64,000 bases of DNA from an uncultured Candidatus Saccharibacteria bacterium (GTDB taxonomy: Bacteria > Patescibacteriota > Minisyncoccia > Portnoybacterales > UBA2143). Under the pieces are notes generated by a model that made no database searches, was not told where the DNA came from, and saw only the letters and a program-made list of their open reading frames with translations. The DNA is taken from the NCBI GenBank assembly GCA_964594965.1, contig CAZQMX010000001.1, positions 25,667-89,666 on the forward strand, in the 5' to 3' direction. The translations under genes were made by a program, and so were the position numbers. Positions 1-9,818 of the stretch are shown piece by piece (positions within the stretch are counted from its first letter, which is position 1; every line of letters starts with the position of its first letter).

Positions 1-16
1 TTTAATCAAAGTCCTA

Positions 17-457
17 ATGGCAATTGCTGCCGGGTTAATTCTGATTTATCTTTTGAAGGGTGTAAGCGAGAAAGTCATTAGAGGAGGCCTGACCCGTTTC
101 TGGAAGAGTTTAGGTTTTGGATTCTCAGCCTTGATTCTGACTCCAATCGCAGCTCTGATTATCTTAATCACGGTCATTGGCGCCTGGCTTTCTGGATTAA
201 TTATGGTCGCATACATCTTGATGCTTCTTTTGGCTGGAACTCTGGCTAATGTTGCCTTTGGTAGTTGGCTGATTAAAATAGTCAAGAAAAAAGAGGGATA
301 TCCGATTAATTGGCAGGCAGTTGTTATCGGCGTTATTAGCTTAAAGATTATTACCCTAATTCCGTTTGTTGGCTGGCTGGTTGGATTAGTTTTCTGTCTG
401 ATTGCCTTAGGTGCTCTTTATAGAATGATTTATCAGAATCTTATTATCAGGAAGTAG
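17..457 (+). CDS. hypothetical polytopic membrane protein
   Basis: ORF-track ORF with about 4 hydrophobic helices. No catalytic motif recognised. May begin upstream of the window. Confidence 0.3.
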   Translation: MAIAAGLILIYLLKGVSEKVIRGGLTRFWKSLGFGFSALILTPIAALIILITVIGAWLSGLIMVAYILMLLLAGTLANVAFGSWLIKIVKKKEGYPINWQAVVIGVISLKIITLIPFVGWLVGLVFCLIALGALYRMIYQNLIIRK

Positions 458-476
458 GGGATATTGAATTAAAGGA

Positions 477-507
477 AACAACCGCTCTTCGGCGGTTGTT
501 TTCTATT
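477..507 (+). terminator. rho-independent terminator hairpin
   Basis: AACAACCGC / GCGGTTGTT 9-bp stem with a short loop, followed by a T-rich tract. Confidence 0.5.
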
Positions 508-532
508 CTCGATTAAGATATAATCAGGGTAT

Positions 533-844
533 ATGAAAAACTCTAAATTAATATTAACGGCTTTCTTAAATTCAATCGCTGTTTTTGTCTATGTTTCCAG
601 TATTGCCTGGCTTTTATTCAACGGCGAAAGGTTTTTTGGCCAAGCAAGTAATTTCTGGATGCCAACAGCATTACTCCTGGTTTTTATTGTTTCAGCAACA
701 ATTACCGGATTACTGGTTTTGGGCCGACCAATTTACCTCTATCTTAATAATCTTAGATCCGAAGCGGTTAAATTACTGATTTATACGGTTGTATTTCTAC
801 TAATTATTACTGCTCTTGCCCTGATGGTCAATGTTTTTATTTAG
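533..844 (+). CDS. hypothetical small membrane protein (3 TM)
   Basis: ORF-track ORF, hydrophobic throughout, no motif recognised. Confidence 0.3.
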   Translation: MKNSKLILTAFLNSIAVFVYVSSIAWLLFNGERFFGQASNFWMPTALLLVFIVSATITGLLVLGRPIYLYLNNLRSEAVKLLIYTVVFLLIITALALMVNVFI

Positions 845-898
845 GATAGTTTTTGCTTAATAAAAAAAAGGATACCTGCTGTCCTTTTTTAATTTCGG

Positions 899-2260
899 TT
901 ATTTTATCCCCATTTTCTTAAAAAGAAAGTCTTCAATAACCCTATACCCATGATATTTTTTTCCAATCCTAAAATTCTTTTCCATCTTTTTATTTAATCC
1001 AGGATCAGTCAGCCATTTGATTGTTTTTCTTACAGCTTTATCCATATTTTTCTGAGGAATCTGGTAAAGCCCGGTTTTATCATTTTTTCTAATTTTATCT
1101 CCCAAAGAAATTAAACTATATTTTTCTTTAACAATATCCTTTTTAAAGACCGGGTATTCAAAAATAACAACCGGTTTTTTAGCAAAAACAGCTTCAATTA
1201 ACTGGTTACCCCAGCCTTCCCAGATACTTGGAAAGGTAATCAAATCAGCATGGACATAGGCGTCCCATAAAGACAGAGTTTTAACGCCGCCATTATAGTG
1301 TCTTTCTGCCTTGATATGTTCGGAAACAAATCTGACTCTAATTCGTTCATCAAAGGCCTTGGTTTTTAATTTAAAAAGATAATCTCTTTTTTCATCTTCA
1401 GTATAGCCGGCCATAACCAGAATAACATTAGAGCGGGAATTGAGTTTCTTGCCGTTATACAATTCCTGTCCTCTTAATTTTGAAATATTTTCCTGAAGAG
1501 CGTTAGCAAAGTCAACCGCTATTTCAATCCCTTTCCTTGGAATAATTCGGGTTGCCTGGAGAATGACTAAATCGTGTTGACCAATATCAAATTGTCTTAA
1601 AAAATCTTTGTTGAATTTATCTTTTTTCCACTCTTTTTGCCCAAAGTCAAAAGTGTCCGGAAGAACTTCTGCTTTAATGCCACTTCTTTTTTTAAGTTCG
1701 CGCTGGGTAATTGAATTAATGACAATATGTTTAATGTATTCGCTTTCTGGCGGCATATACTGATCAATGTACTTTTTGAGATAAGAATTGCGGGGGAGAT
1801 GGAATTCTCTTCTTTCCCAGAAAAAATCATGATGAGTAGCAATAGTTTTGAGTTTGAATTTTTCAATCCAATTAAAAAATCCTCTGGCAGCGGCAATGTG
1901 ACCACCAAAGGAAAAAATATTGTGAATCAAAACCAGGTCAAATTTTTCTTTTCTCTGAATTCGAGTTAATTCTTTTTCAATCGCGTTAGAAAGTTTCCTG
2001 ATTTTCCTCTTTATCTCAATATCTTCCAAATCCCAGCGCCGGAAATGAAGAAATCCGTTTTCTTTAACAATTGGAACAATGCCGTCATCCCATTCTAATT
2101 CTTTGATAATATAGTTAGCTCCTTTACTCCGGGAGCCGGCAATCAATTTAACATTAAAACCATGCTCTTTTAAAATTTGCTCTCTTTTCTCTATTTCAAG
2201 AGACACCCCATCTGTTCCTCCAACGCGATAATGACAGATAGCAATCTTGGTTTTAGGCAT
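899..2260 (-). CDS. glycosyltransferase, GT-B fold family 4
   Basis: C-terminal EX7E motif (EGWGNQLIEA) typical of GT4. 453 aa. Sugar specificity unknown. Confidence 0.55.
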   Translation of the reverse strand: MPKTKIAICHYRVGGTDGVSLEIEKREQILKEHGFNVKLIAGSRSKGANYIIKELEWDDGIVPIVKENGFLHFRRWDLEDIEIKRKIRKLSNAIEKELTRIQRKEKFDLVLIHNIFSFGGHIAAARGFFNWIEKFKLKTIATHHDFFWERREFHLPRNSYLKKYIDQYMPPESEYIKHIVINSITQRELKKRSGIKAEVLPDTFDFGQKEWKKDKFNKDFLRQFDIGQHDLVILQATRIIPRKGIEIAVDFANALQENISKLRGQELYNGKKLNSRSNVILVMAGYTEDEKRDYLFKLKTKAFDERIRVRFVSEHIKAERHYNGGVKTLSLWDAYVHADLITFPSIWEGWGNQLIEAVFAKKPVVIFEYPVFKKDIVKEKYSLISLGDKIRKNDKTGLYQIPQKNMDKAVRKTIKWLTDPGLNKKMEKNFRIGKKYHGYRVIEDFLFKKMGIK

Positions 2261-2284
2261 TACTTATATGGTATAATAAAATGG

Positions 2285-3043
2285 ATGATTGAGCAAGTTA
2301 TATTGGGGATTATTCAAGGAATAGCCGAATGGCTGCCAGTCAGTTCAGAAGGACTGATTGTTTTGGTTAAGAATAATTTTTTTGAAAGTGGGGGAATAGA
2401 AAATATTATCAGGCAGGCCTTGTTTTTACATTTAGGCACATTTTTGGCCGCCCTGCTCTATTTCAGAAAAGAAGTCTTATCTTTAACCAAGGATAAAGAA
2501 CTTTTGAAATTTTTAATCATTGCCACTTTAATCAGCGGCATTTTCGGATACGGCTTAATTAAAGTTTTTCTTAATTTAGAAAATGAATTATCTCTTTCAA
2601 CAAAAGCCATTACCTTAATTATTGGTTTGTTTTTGCTTTTAACCGCTCTATTTCAACTAAAGGCTAAAATGGGGGAGTATAAGGAAAGGAAAGACTTAAA
2701 CACCAAGGATGGAATTCTTTTGGGCTTGGTTCAAGCGATAGCCGTGCTACCGGGCCTGTCCCGTTCCGGCTTGACCGTCTCAACTCTGCTTTTAAGAAAA
2801 TTCAAAAGCAGGGAAGCCTTGACTTTAAGTTTTTTAATGAGTTTGCCCATTGTTCTAGGCGGTAATATTATTCTTAATTTTAATCAGTTTAGTTTTAATT
2901 CAGGAAATTTATTAGGATTATTTTTTTCTTTTATTTTCGGACTTTTGACAATTGGTTTGTTATTAAAAATAGCCGGAAGAATTAACTTCGGCTACTTCGT
3001 CCTAATTTTCGGTCTCTTGGTTATTATCTCTGTTTTTGTGTAA
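2285..3043 (+). CDS. uppP: undecaprenyl-diphosphatase UppP/BacA
   Basis: GIAEWLPVSSEG and PGLSRSG signatures. Start trimmed to the internal ATG (MIEQVILG), which is preceded by a TGgTATAAT extended -10. The track start overlaps the upstream minus-strand gene. Confidence 0.8.
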   Translation: MIEQVILGIIQGIAEWLPVSSEGLIVLVKNNFFESGGIENIIRQALFLHLGTFLAALLYFRKEVLSLTKDKELLKFLIIATLISGIFGYGLIKVFLNLENELSLSTKAITLIIGLFLLLTALFQLKAKMGEYKERKDLNTKDGILLGLVQAIAVLPGLSRSGLTVSTLLLRKFKSREALTLSFLMSLPIVLGGNIILNFNQFSFNSGNLLGLFFSFIFGLLTIGLLLKIAGRINFGYFVLIFGLLVIISVFV

Positions 3044-3080
3044 AAGAAAAAAGGACATCGCTCTTGGGTGAGAGATGTCC
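3041..3080 (-). terminator. hairpin GGACATCgCTCT...AGAGaTGTCC with T-tract on the minus strand
   Basis: Perfect nested stem. On the minus strand it is followed by a T-run, so it ends the 3101..3343 gene. Confidence 0.45.
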
Positions 3081-3100
3081 TTGAAGGGGGATGAACAAGA

Positions 3101-3343
3101 CTAGAGATCGCCGTACAGTTTTTCGAGGCACTTCGGACAAACGCCATGGCTGAATTGCATTTCAAGATGTTCTTTGAGAAGGTCTCTGAAGAATTGTTCT
3201 GGTATTATCCAGTGATCTTTGTTTCCCCGAATCTTTTTACATTGTGCGCAGATGGGGAATAACTGGGAAAGGATTTTTTTGAGCTCGGCTAATTTTTTTT
3301 CGGTCTTTCTTAATTTCCTTTTTATTCTTTTAGTTTTGTTCAA
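3101..3343 (-). CDS. small basic zinc-ribbon protein (CxxC...CxxC), function unknown
   Basis: 80 aa with a K/R-rich N-terminus and two CxxC pairs (CAQC, CPKC). Confidence 0.35.
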   Translation of the reverse strand: MNKTKRIKRKLRKTEKKLAELKKILSQLFPICAQCKKIRGNKDHWIIPEQFFRDLLKEHLEMQFSHGVCPKCLEKLYGDL

Positions 3344-3457
3344 ATTAAAAATTCCTCCTTTTTGAATTTCCCATATTCTACCACCATATATTCAATTTGT
3401 CAATATTTTTATCAACAATTTCTTTTGTTTTTCCCTTTTCTATGATAAAATATTTCT

Positions 3458-3955
3458 ATGGCTTCAAAGAAAAAAATTGCTAAAGACTTAGGAAAAGCTT
3501 CTAAAGAATTCCTTAATAAGGAAAAGAGAAAGGCGCTTTTAGATTCTTTGAAAAAAGATAAAACCAAATGGTTTTTATGGGTTTCCCAGATAAAAGGAAT
3601 TTTGAAGAATCTTAGCCGGGCTGATATGGTCGGTTTTGCCGGTTTGGTTTTACTTCTGGAACAGAGACCAAAAAGCAGATTTCACAGAGATAATCTAAAA
3701 AGATTTTTAATTAACAAAACCGAGTATTACAAACACTATGATTTTTCCCTGGAAAAGGAATTAAGAAAAGAAAAAAGGAAAAGAGGAAATTTATGGATAA
3801 GCAAAGTTCTGCGCCTTTTTATCAGCCGTTCTTTTCTTGGAATTTTAATCTTAATTCTAATCCTTGGCTTTGTCATTTGGTTTTATCTTGACCGGGAAAG
3901 TTGTTTGGAATTTGTCCAAAAAGTAATTGAACCCTTTTTAAAGGCAATTAGATAA
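3458..3955 (+). CDS. hypothetical protein, K-rich with a C-terminal TM helix
   Basis: ORF only. Confidence 0.25.
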   Translation: MASKKKIAKDLGKASKEFLNKEKRKALLDSLKKDKTKWFLWVSQIKGILKNLSRADMVGFAGLVLLLEQRPKSRFHRDNLKRFLINKTEYYKHYDFSLEKELRKEKRKRGNLWISKVLRLFISRSFLGILILILILGFVIWFYLDRESCLEFVQKVIEPFLKAIR

Positions 3956-3973
3956 ATAAAGGAAAATAAATAT

Positions 3974-4759
3974 ATGGAATTTTTAAAATCAGAGCATAAA
4001 CATAAGAATTTGGACCTTTTAATTAAGGTTTTGGTTGTTTTTCTGGTTGTTTTTGCTTTTTCCGGCCTGGTTGGAGCGATTAATAAAATTAGGGAAAGTA
4101 AATACATTGGCCAGGATGCCATAATGAAGAATACAATTTCTGCGACGGGAAAGGGAGAAGTTTATGCTAAGCCTGATTTAGGCATAGTTACTTTTTCAGT
4201 TAAAACAGAAGACAGAACTGTTTCCGGAGCAATGGAAGAAAATACTGAACAGATGAATAATGTAATTGAAGCGGTTAAAAATGCCGGAGTCGAAGAAAAA
4301 GATTTGAAAACAACTAATTTCAGTATTTATCCCCGTTATGAATTCCCTGAACCAGCCAGGAAAAGAATTCTAGTTGGATATGAAGTCTCCCAGTCGCTTC
4401 AGGTTAAAATCAGGGAATTAGAAAAAGCCGGTCAAATTATTCAGGAAGCAACCAAGGTTGGGTCAAACCAGGTTGATGATTTGGCTTTTACTATTGACAA
4501 CGAAGACGAACTTAAAAAACAGGCCAGGGAAGAAGCAATTAAAGAAGCCAAGGATAAGGCCAAGGAAATTGCCAAACAATTAGGAGTTAATCTAGTCAGG
4601 ATAATTAATTTTAATGAGAATACTTTTTCACCGGAGTCTGTTGAATTTATGAGAGCTCAAGGCGGCGGCGGAGGCATTGGCGGAGCTGGCGCACCTGAAA
4701 TTGAAACCGGGGAAAACAAAATTGAAAGCAATGTTAATATTGTCTACGAGATTAATTGA
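3974..4759 (+). CDS. SIMPL/DUF541 domain periplasmic protein (BP26-like)
   Basis: N-terminal TM or signal sequence. SIMPL-type motifs (GxGxV..KPD...V..V, NFSIYP, A/K-rich helix). Gly-rich C-terminus. Confidence 0.6.
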   Translation: MEFLKSEHKHKNLDLLIKVLVVFLVVFAFSGLVGAINKIRESKYIGQDAIMKNTISATGKGEVYAKPDLGIVTFSVKTEDRTVSGAMEENTEQMNNVIEAVKNAGVEEKDLKTTNFSIYPRYEFPEPARKRILVGYEVSQSLQVKIRELEKAGQIIQEATKVGSNQVDDLAFTIDNEDELKKQAREEAIKEAKDKAKEIAKQLGVNLVRIINFNENTFSPESVEFMRAQGGGGGIGGAGAPEIETGENKIESNVNIVYEIN

Positions 4760-6381
4760 TAAGAAATATGACTAATAAAAAGATAATTGTAATTGCCAGT
4801 ATCATCATCATTATTATCGGAGGATACTTTGCTATTCGAGGAATTCTTAACAGAGGAACAACCTATTCAACGGTTGCCGTTGAAAGGAGCAATGTTGAAG
4901 AAAATGTTTCTGTCACCGGAACAGTCATTTCCGCCAAAAAAATTGATTTGGAATTTGAAAAAGCCGGTAAAATTAGAAGTATTAATGTCAGAGTTAATGA
5001 CAAGGTTTCTGTTGGACAAACTTTGGTTAGGTTAGATACCTCAGAATTGGGCGCCCAGCTTTTATCCTACCAGGCAGCCTTGGAAGTTGCCCAGGCTAAA
5101 TTATCCAAGGCCTTGGCCGGAACAAGAGAAGAGGATGTCCAGATTTACCGGACAGCGGTTGAAAAAGCCCAGGTTGATGTGACTAATAAGGAGAGGGCTT
5201 TGGCTGATGCCCAGGCCGATGCCGACAATGACTTGGAAGCCGCTTATGAAGACGCCCTGGATTCAGTTAGAACTTCATATACCAAGGCTGACCAAGCCCT
5301 TTTGATTACTTACACTAATATGAGGGATAGCTATTTCGGCGGAAGCAGTGCCCTTGACGTTGGCGTCAAAGACAAAGAAAATGGCGCTAAGCAGGATTTG
5401 GCAGTTGCCGATGCCTATATCGAAGCAGCCGAATTGGATTCAACAGAGAATAATATTGATACAGCCATTGAAAAAATGCAGCACGCTCTTTCGTCAATTA
5501 GGGATGCTTTGGCTTATCTTCGCTCAGCAATGGATGATCCAAGCGAATCTTCAGTTTCTTCTGTTGATAAAACCAGCGTTGATACTGAAAGAACAAACAT
5601 TGACACTGAAATTGTCAGTGTTACCTCAGCCAAGCAGGCAATTTCTTCGACAAAAATCACTAATCAGACCAATATTAATACTGCTCAGTCTAATCTTGAT
5701 ACAGCTAAAACCAGCCTTAAGAAAGCCCAGGATGAATTAGCTTCGGAAGAAGCCGCTCCTCGCCAGGAAGATATTGATTTAGCCCAGGCAGAAGTTAAAC
5801 AAGCCCAAGCCAATGTTTTGGAAGCCCAGGCAAAAATAGCTAAATCAATTTTAAGAGCGCCGGTCGCCGGAACAATTACCGCCATAGAAAAAGAAGTTGG
5901 CGAAACGGTCCAAAGCAATACTTTAGTTGTCTCAATGATTAGCCAGGGTAATTTCCAGATTGAAGCCAATGTTTCTGAAACAGAGATTGCCAAGGTTAAA
6001 TTAGACGACCAGGTTGAAATGACCCTTGATGCTCTTGGTCCGGATGAAAAGTTTTTCGGAAAGATAATTAAGATTGACCCGGCTGAAACGGTTGTCTCGG
6101 GCGTTATCTATTACCAGGTTAACTCTGTTTTTGACGCTGAAGACGAAAGAATCAGACCGGGCATGACGGTTAATCTTGATATTAGAACGGATAAAAAAGA
6201 AAATGTTTTAGCAATTCCGTTTTTCATTGTCAGAGAAAAAAATGGAGAGAGATATGTTGAAATTCTAAAGGACGGCCAGAAAGAAAAACAGGATATTAAG
6301 ACCGGATTAGAAGGAGAAACCATGATAGAAGTTATTGAGGGACTTAAAGAGGGCGACGAGGTAATTGTTTCAGAGGAATAA
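4756..6381 (+). CDS. HlyD/MacA-family periplasmic adaptor with an unusually long coiled-coil hairpin
   Basis: N-terminal TM, split biotin-lipoyl half-motifs (VTGTV..., ILRAPVAGTI), a long A/D/S-rich coiled coil and a C-terminal beta-barrel. Overlaps the start of the downstream ABC genes. Confidence 0.65.
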   Translation: MIRNMTNKKIIVIASIIIIIIGGYFAIRGILNRGTTYSTVAVERSNVEENVSVTGTVISAKKIDLEFEKAGKIRSINVRVNDKVSVGQTLVRLDTSELGAQLLSYQAALEVAQAKLSKALAGTREEDVQIYRTAVEKAQVDVTNKERALADAQADADNDLEAAYEDALDSVRTSYTKADQALLITYTNMRDSYFGGSSALDVGVKDKENGAKQDLAVADAYIEAAELDSTENNIDTAIEKMQHALSSIRDALAYLRSAMDDPSESSVSSVDKTSVDTERTNIDTEIVSVTSAKQAISSTKITNQTNINTAQSNLDTAKTSLKKAQDELASEEAAPRQEDIDLAQAEVKQAQANVLEAQAKIAKSILRAPVAGTITAIEKEVGETVQSNTLVVSMISQGNFQIEANVSETEIAKVKLDDQVEMTLDALGPDEKFFGKIIKIDPAETVVSGVIYYQVNSVFDAEDERIRPGMTVNLDIRTDKKENVLAIPFFIVREKNGERYVEILKDGQKEKQDIKTGLEGETMIEVIEGLKEGDEVIVSEE

Positions 6382-6390
6382 AGACTTCTT

Positions 6391-7107
6391 ATGCTGATTA
6401 AAATTGAAAATCTTAATAAGGATTATGTTAATGAGGAATTGGTTACCCCGGCTTTACGCGGGGTTTCTTTTGATGTTGAAAAAGGCGAGTTTGCTGCGGT
6501 CATGGGTTCCTCCGGCTCGGGTAAATCAACCCTGATGCATATTATTGGTTTCTTAGATAAGTCAACTTCAGGAAGCTACTTTTTTGAAGAAGAAGACACC
6601 AGCCAATTCGACGACAACAAATTAGCAGAAATCAGGAATGAAAAAATTGGTTTTGTCTTCCAATTCTATAATCTCCTTCCCCGGACTTCTGTTCTGGATA
6701 ATGTCCTTTTACCAACCATTTATACGCCCAATCTTGATAAATCAAGAGCAGAAGTCCTGGCTAAAAAACTTTTAGAGGAAGTTGGCCTGAGTCACCGGAT
6801 AGGTCACCGGCCCAATCAATTATCCGGCGGCGAACAGCAAAGAGTTGCCATTGTCCGGGCTTTAATAAACAAGCCCCGTCTTATTCTGGCTGATGAGCCA
6901 ACTGGAAATCTTGACAGCAAATCCGGCCAGGAAGTTATTGAAATTCTTCAAAAGCTTAATCAGGAGGGCAATACTATTCTGATGGTTACTCATGAAAAGG
7001 AGGTCGCTGAATGCGCCCGCCGGATTATTGAATTTAAGGACGGTTCGGTTATCTCCGATAGAAAAGTTGAGAACCAACGCCGGGCAGAAGATGGAATAGT
7101 CAAGTAA
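6391..7107 (+). CDS. ABC transporter ATP-binding protein, MacB/LolD family
   Basis: Walker [13 protein letters not shown] signature LSGGEQQRV, Walker [12 protein letters not shown]. Confidence 0.8.
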   Translation: MLIKIENLNKDYVNEELVTPALRGVSFDVEKGEFAAVMGSSGSGKSTLMHIIGFLDKSTSGSYFFEEEDTSQFDDNKLAEIRNEKIGFVFQFYNLLPRTSVLDNVLLPTIYTPNLDKSRAEVLAKKLLEEVGLSHRIGHRPNQLSGGEQQRVAIVRALINKPRLILADEPTGNLDSKSGQEVIEILQKLNQEGNTILMVTHEKEVAECARRIIEFKDGSVISDRKVENQRRAEDGIVK

Positions 7108-7115
7108 CTATTCCT

Positions 7116-7168
7116 CCAAATCTTTGATTTGGTTAGGAACAGTTATCCTGAGCGAAGTCGAAGGATCT
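7116..7168 (+). repeat. CCAAATCTTTGATTTGG hairpin plus the left arm of the MITE-like element (copy A, truncated)
   Basis: GTTATCCTGAGCGAAGTCGAAGGATCT matches the left arm of the other five copies. The right arm is absent. Confidence 0.5.
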
Positions 7169-7176
7169 TATCCAAT

Positions 7177-8409
7177 ATGTATTTAGTTAATACATTAAAA
7201 CTAGCTTTAAGAAATTTGACCTTGCAGAGGAGCAGGTCTTTTTTGACTATGCTCGGAATCATTATTGGTGTTGCTGCCGTTATTTCAATCATTGCCGTTG
7301 GAGCCAGCGCCCAGGATTTGCTTTTAGCCCAGGTTAGGGCAATGGGAAGTAATTTAATTGGTATTCTTCCCGGAGCGAGCGATGAATCCGGACCGCCGGC
7401 CAGTGTCCTTGGTATTGAAGTCACAACTTTGAAATATGAGGATGCTTTGGCTTTGGAAAAAATTCCTCAGATTGAAGCCGTTGCTGCCTATTCCAAGGGA
7501 CGGGGGACAATGAGTTTTTTTAATAAATCAAATGATTTTGACTATACCGGGGTAACGCCAAGTTATCTTAATGTTGAAGATACTGAACTGGAATCAGGCC
7601 GTTTTTTCAGACAAGAAGAAGTTGATAGTTTGGCCCGGGTGGTTGTTTTAGGCAGCAAAGTCAGAGAAGAACTTTTTGGCCAGAACAACCCAATAGATGA
7701 GAGAATTAAGATTAATCAGATTAGTTTTAAAGTTATTGGAGTAATGGAGGAAAGAGGTTCGGCCGCTTTTCAAAATCAGGATGAACAGGTCTTTATTCCA
7801 TTAAAAACAGCCCAGAAAATTATGCTAGGAGTAGACCACCTGGCTTTTATCCGGGCTAAAGTAGACCAGACCAAAAATATTGATCTGGTCATTCCTCAAA
7901 TTAAAAACATTCTTCGCTTCCGCCATAATATTAAAGACCCAACCAAGGATGATTTCTCTGTTAGGAGTACTGATCAGGCCCTTGACCTGCTTGGTTCAAT
8001 CACCCAGGCCTTAAAAGTATTTCTAGGCATGGTTGCCGCTATTTCGTTAATTGTCGGCGGTATCGGCATTATGAATATTATGTTTGTTGCTGTTAATGAA
8101 AGAACCAAGGAAATTGGTCTTCGAAAAGCAATTGGCGCCAAACGAAGAGATATTTTAATCCAGTTTTTAATTGAAAGCGCGACCATGACTTTAATCGGCG
8201 GAATCATCGGTATTATTGTTGGTATTATCATTTCTTTCCTAATTTTCATTGGTGTTAAATATTTTGGCTACGACTGGCGATTTATTGTCACTCCTTTTTC
8301 CATTTTTGTTTCAACTTTTATGGCTATTGCGGTCGGCCTAATTTTTGGCCTTTGGCCAGCTAACCGGGCTTCAAAGTTAAATCCAATTGAGGCGCTTAGG
8401 TATGAGTAA
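7177..8409 (+). CDS. ABC transporter permease, MacB/FtsX-like
   Basis: MacB-type periplasmic domain followed by an FtsX 4-TM domain (GGIGIMNIM). Start moved to the ATG after repeat copy A. The track start is a TTG that translates the repeat. Confidence 0.7.
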   Translation: MYLVNTLKLALRNLTLQRSRSFLTMLGIIIGVAAVISIIAVGASAQDLLLAQVRAMGSNLIGILPGASDESGPPASVLGIEVTTLKYEDALALEKIPQIEAVAAYSKGRGTMSFFNKSNDFDYTGVTPSYLNVEDTELESGRFFRQEEVDSLARVVVLGSKVREELFGQNNPIDERIKINQISFKVIGVMEERGSAAFQNQDEQVFIPLKTAQKIMLGVDHLAFIRAKVDQTKNIDLVIPQIKNILRFRHNIKDPTKDDFSVRSTDQALDLLGSITQALKVFLGMVAAISLIVGGIGIMNIMFVAVNERTKEIGLRKAIGAKRRDILIQFLIESATMTLIGGIIGIIVGIIISFLIFIGVKYFGYDWRFIVTPFSIFVSTFMAIAVGLIFGLWPANRASKLNPIEALRYE

Positions 8410-8529
8410 TGCCTCAGATACATTTTTTGCCGGAGGACACCATATTTGCCTGCTGACAAATTGGCTCGTTCTCGCGCCGTCGCGCTTCGAAGGCCTCCTG
8501 CAAAAAAGTATCTTTCGGCTTTTTAAAAG

Positions 8530-9792
8530 ATGGACCCAATCTCTGTTTTAAAACAATCTATTATTTCTCTTAAGGCCAATAAACTCCGAAGTATCTTTTC
8601 TATCCTCGGAATTGTTATTGGTGTTTCAGCCGTTGTCATAATTCTCTCTCTTGGACAGGGATTAAAAGGGTTGGTCACAAATGAAGTTGAATCTTTTGGT
8701 TCAAATATTTTAGCAATCAATGTCAAGATTCCTGGAGCTGGCCAGATAGGAACTCTTTTTTCAACTGCCCAGGGGATCAAAGTTACAACCTTAAGATTAA
8801 AAGATGTTCAGGATTTACAGAACAAAGAAAACTTTCCCTACATTGAAGCTGTTACCGGTCAGGTCTTTGGCCAGGAATGGGTTAGTTACGGTAATAAGGA
8901 TAAAAAGGTCTTACTTTACGGCGGCAGTCCTGATTTCCCACAAATATTTAAAACTCTTGGAATGGAAACCGGCCGCTATTTGAATAAAAATGAAGATGAT
9001 AGTTTGGCTAAAGTAACGGTTTTAGGCAACAATCTGAAAGAAAAACTTTTTGGCCAAACTGACCCAATTGGCAAGAAGATAAAATTAAATGGATTGAGTT
9101 TTAAGGTTATTGGTGTTTTTGAACCTTACGGCGGAATGTCTTTTGGCGGAATTGATATTAACGATTTTATGTATATTCCTCTCCAGACCGCCTTAAAAGA
9201 AGTTTTAGGTATTGACTATTTATCAGAAGTTGATGTTGTTGTTAAGGACGAATCATATTTCCCGAGAGCCATCAGCGATATTTCAAGATTACTCCGAAAG
9301 AATCATAATATTAAAGACCCGGAAAAAGACGATTTCCAGATTACAACCATGACCGAAGTTATTGAACAGGTTAATGAAGTCAGCGTTATTCTAAATCTTC
9401 TTTTAGGATTTTTAGCAGCGATCTCGCTTTTAGTTGGCGGAATTGGTATTATGAATATTATGTTGGTCTCTGTTAGCGAAAGAACAAAAGAGATTGGTTT
9501 GAGAAAAGCGCTCGGGGCGACGAATAAGGGGATTTTGTACCAATTTCTAATTGAGGCTATGGTTATTACCGGTCTGGGCGGAATAATCGGCATTATTATC
9601 GGAATAGGCAATTCGCTCATTACCAGTATTATTATCCGAACCCAAGGATTGCCTGGTTGGCCATTGACTATATCAGGAATGGCAATCATTATCGCATTCC
9701 TTGTTTCAATGTCTATTGGTTTAATCTTCGGTATCTATCCGGCGAGGAAAGCGTCTCAATTAAATCCAATTGAGGCGCTTAGAAAAGAATAG
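8530..9792 (+). CDS. ABC transporter permease, MacB/FtsX-like (second copy)
   Basis: Paralogous to 7177..8409 with the same GGIGIMNIM motif. Confidence 0.7.
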   Translation: MDPISVLKQSIISLKANKLRSIFSILGIVIGVSAVVIILSLGQGLKGLVTNEVESFGSNILAINVKIPGAGQIGTLFSTAQGIKVTTLRLKDVQDLQNKENFPYIEAVTGQVFGQEWVSYGNKDKKVLLYGGSPDFPQIFKTLGMETGRYLNKNEDDSLAKVTVLGNNLKEKLFGQTDPIGKKIKLNGLSFKVIGVFEPYGGMSFGGIDINDFMYIPLQTALKEVLGIDYLSEVDVVVKDESYFPRAISDISRLLRKNHNIKDPEKDDFQITTMTEVIEQVNEVSVILNLLLGFLAAISLLVGGIGIMNIMLVSVSERTKEIGLRKALGATNKGILYQFLIEAMVITGLGGIIGIIIGIGNSLITSIIIRTQGLPGWPLTISGMAIIIAFLVSMSIGLIFGIYPARKASQLNPIEALRKE

Positions 9793-9818
9793 GAACCTTA
9801 AAAAACAGGAGGTCACTA

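Noticed and set aside
5685-8459. Internal and antisense ORFs inside the adaptor and permease genes (for example 5685..5993-, 7143..7424-, 7974..8249-, 8268..8459-)
   Set aside because: They are embedded in or antisense to genes with clear family motifs, have no motifs of their own, and show biased antisense composition.
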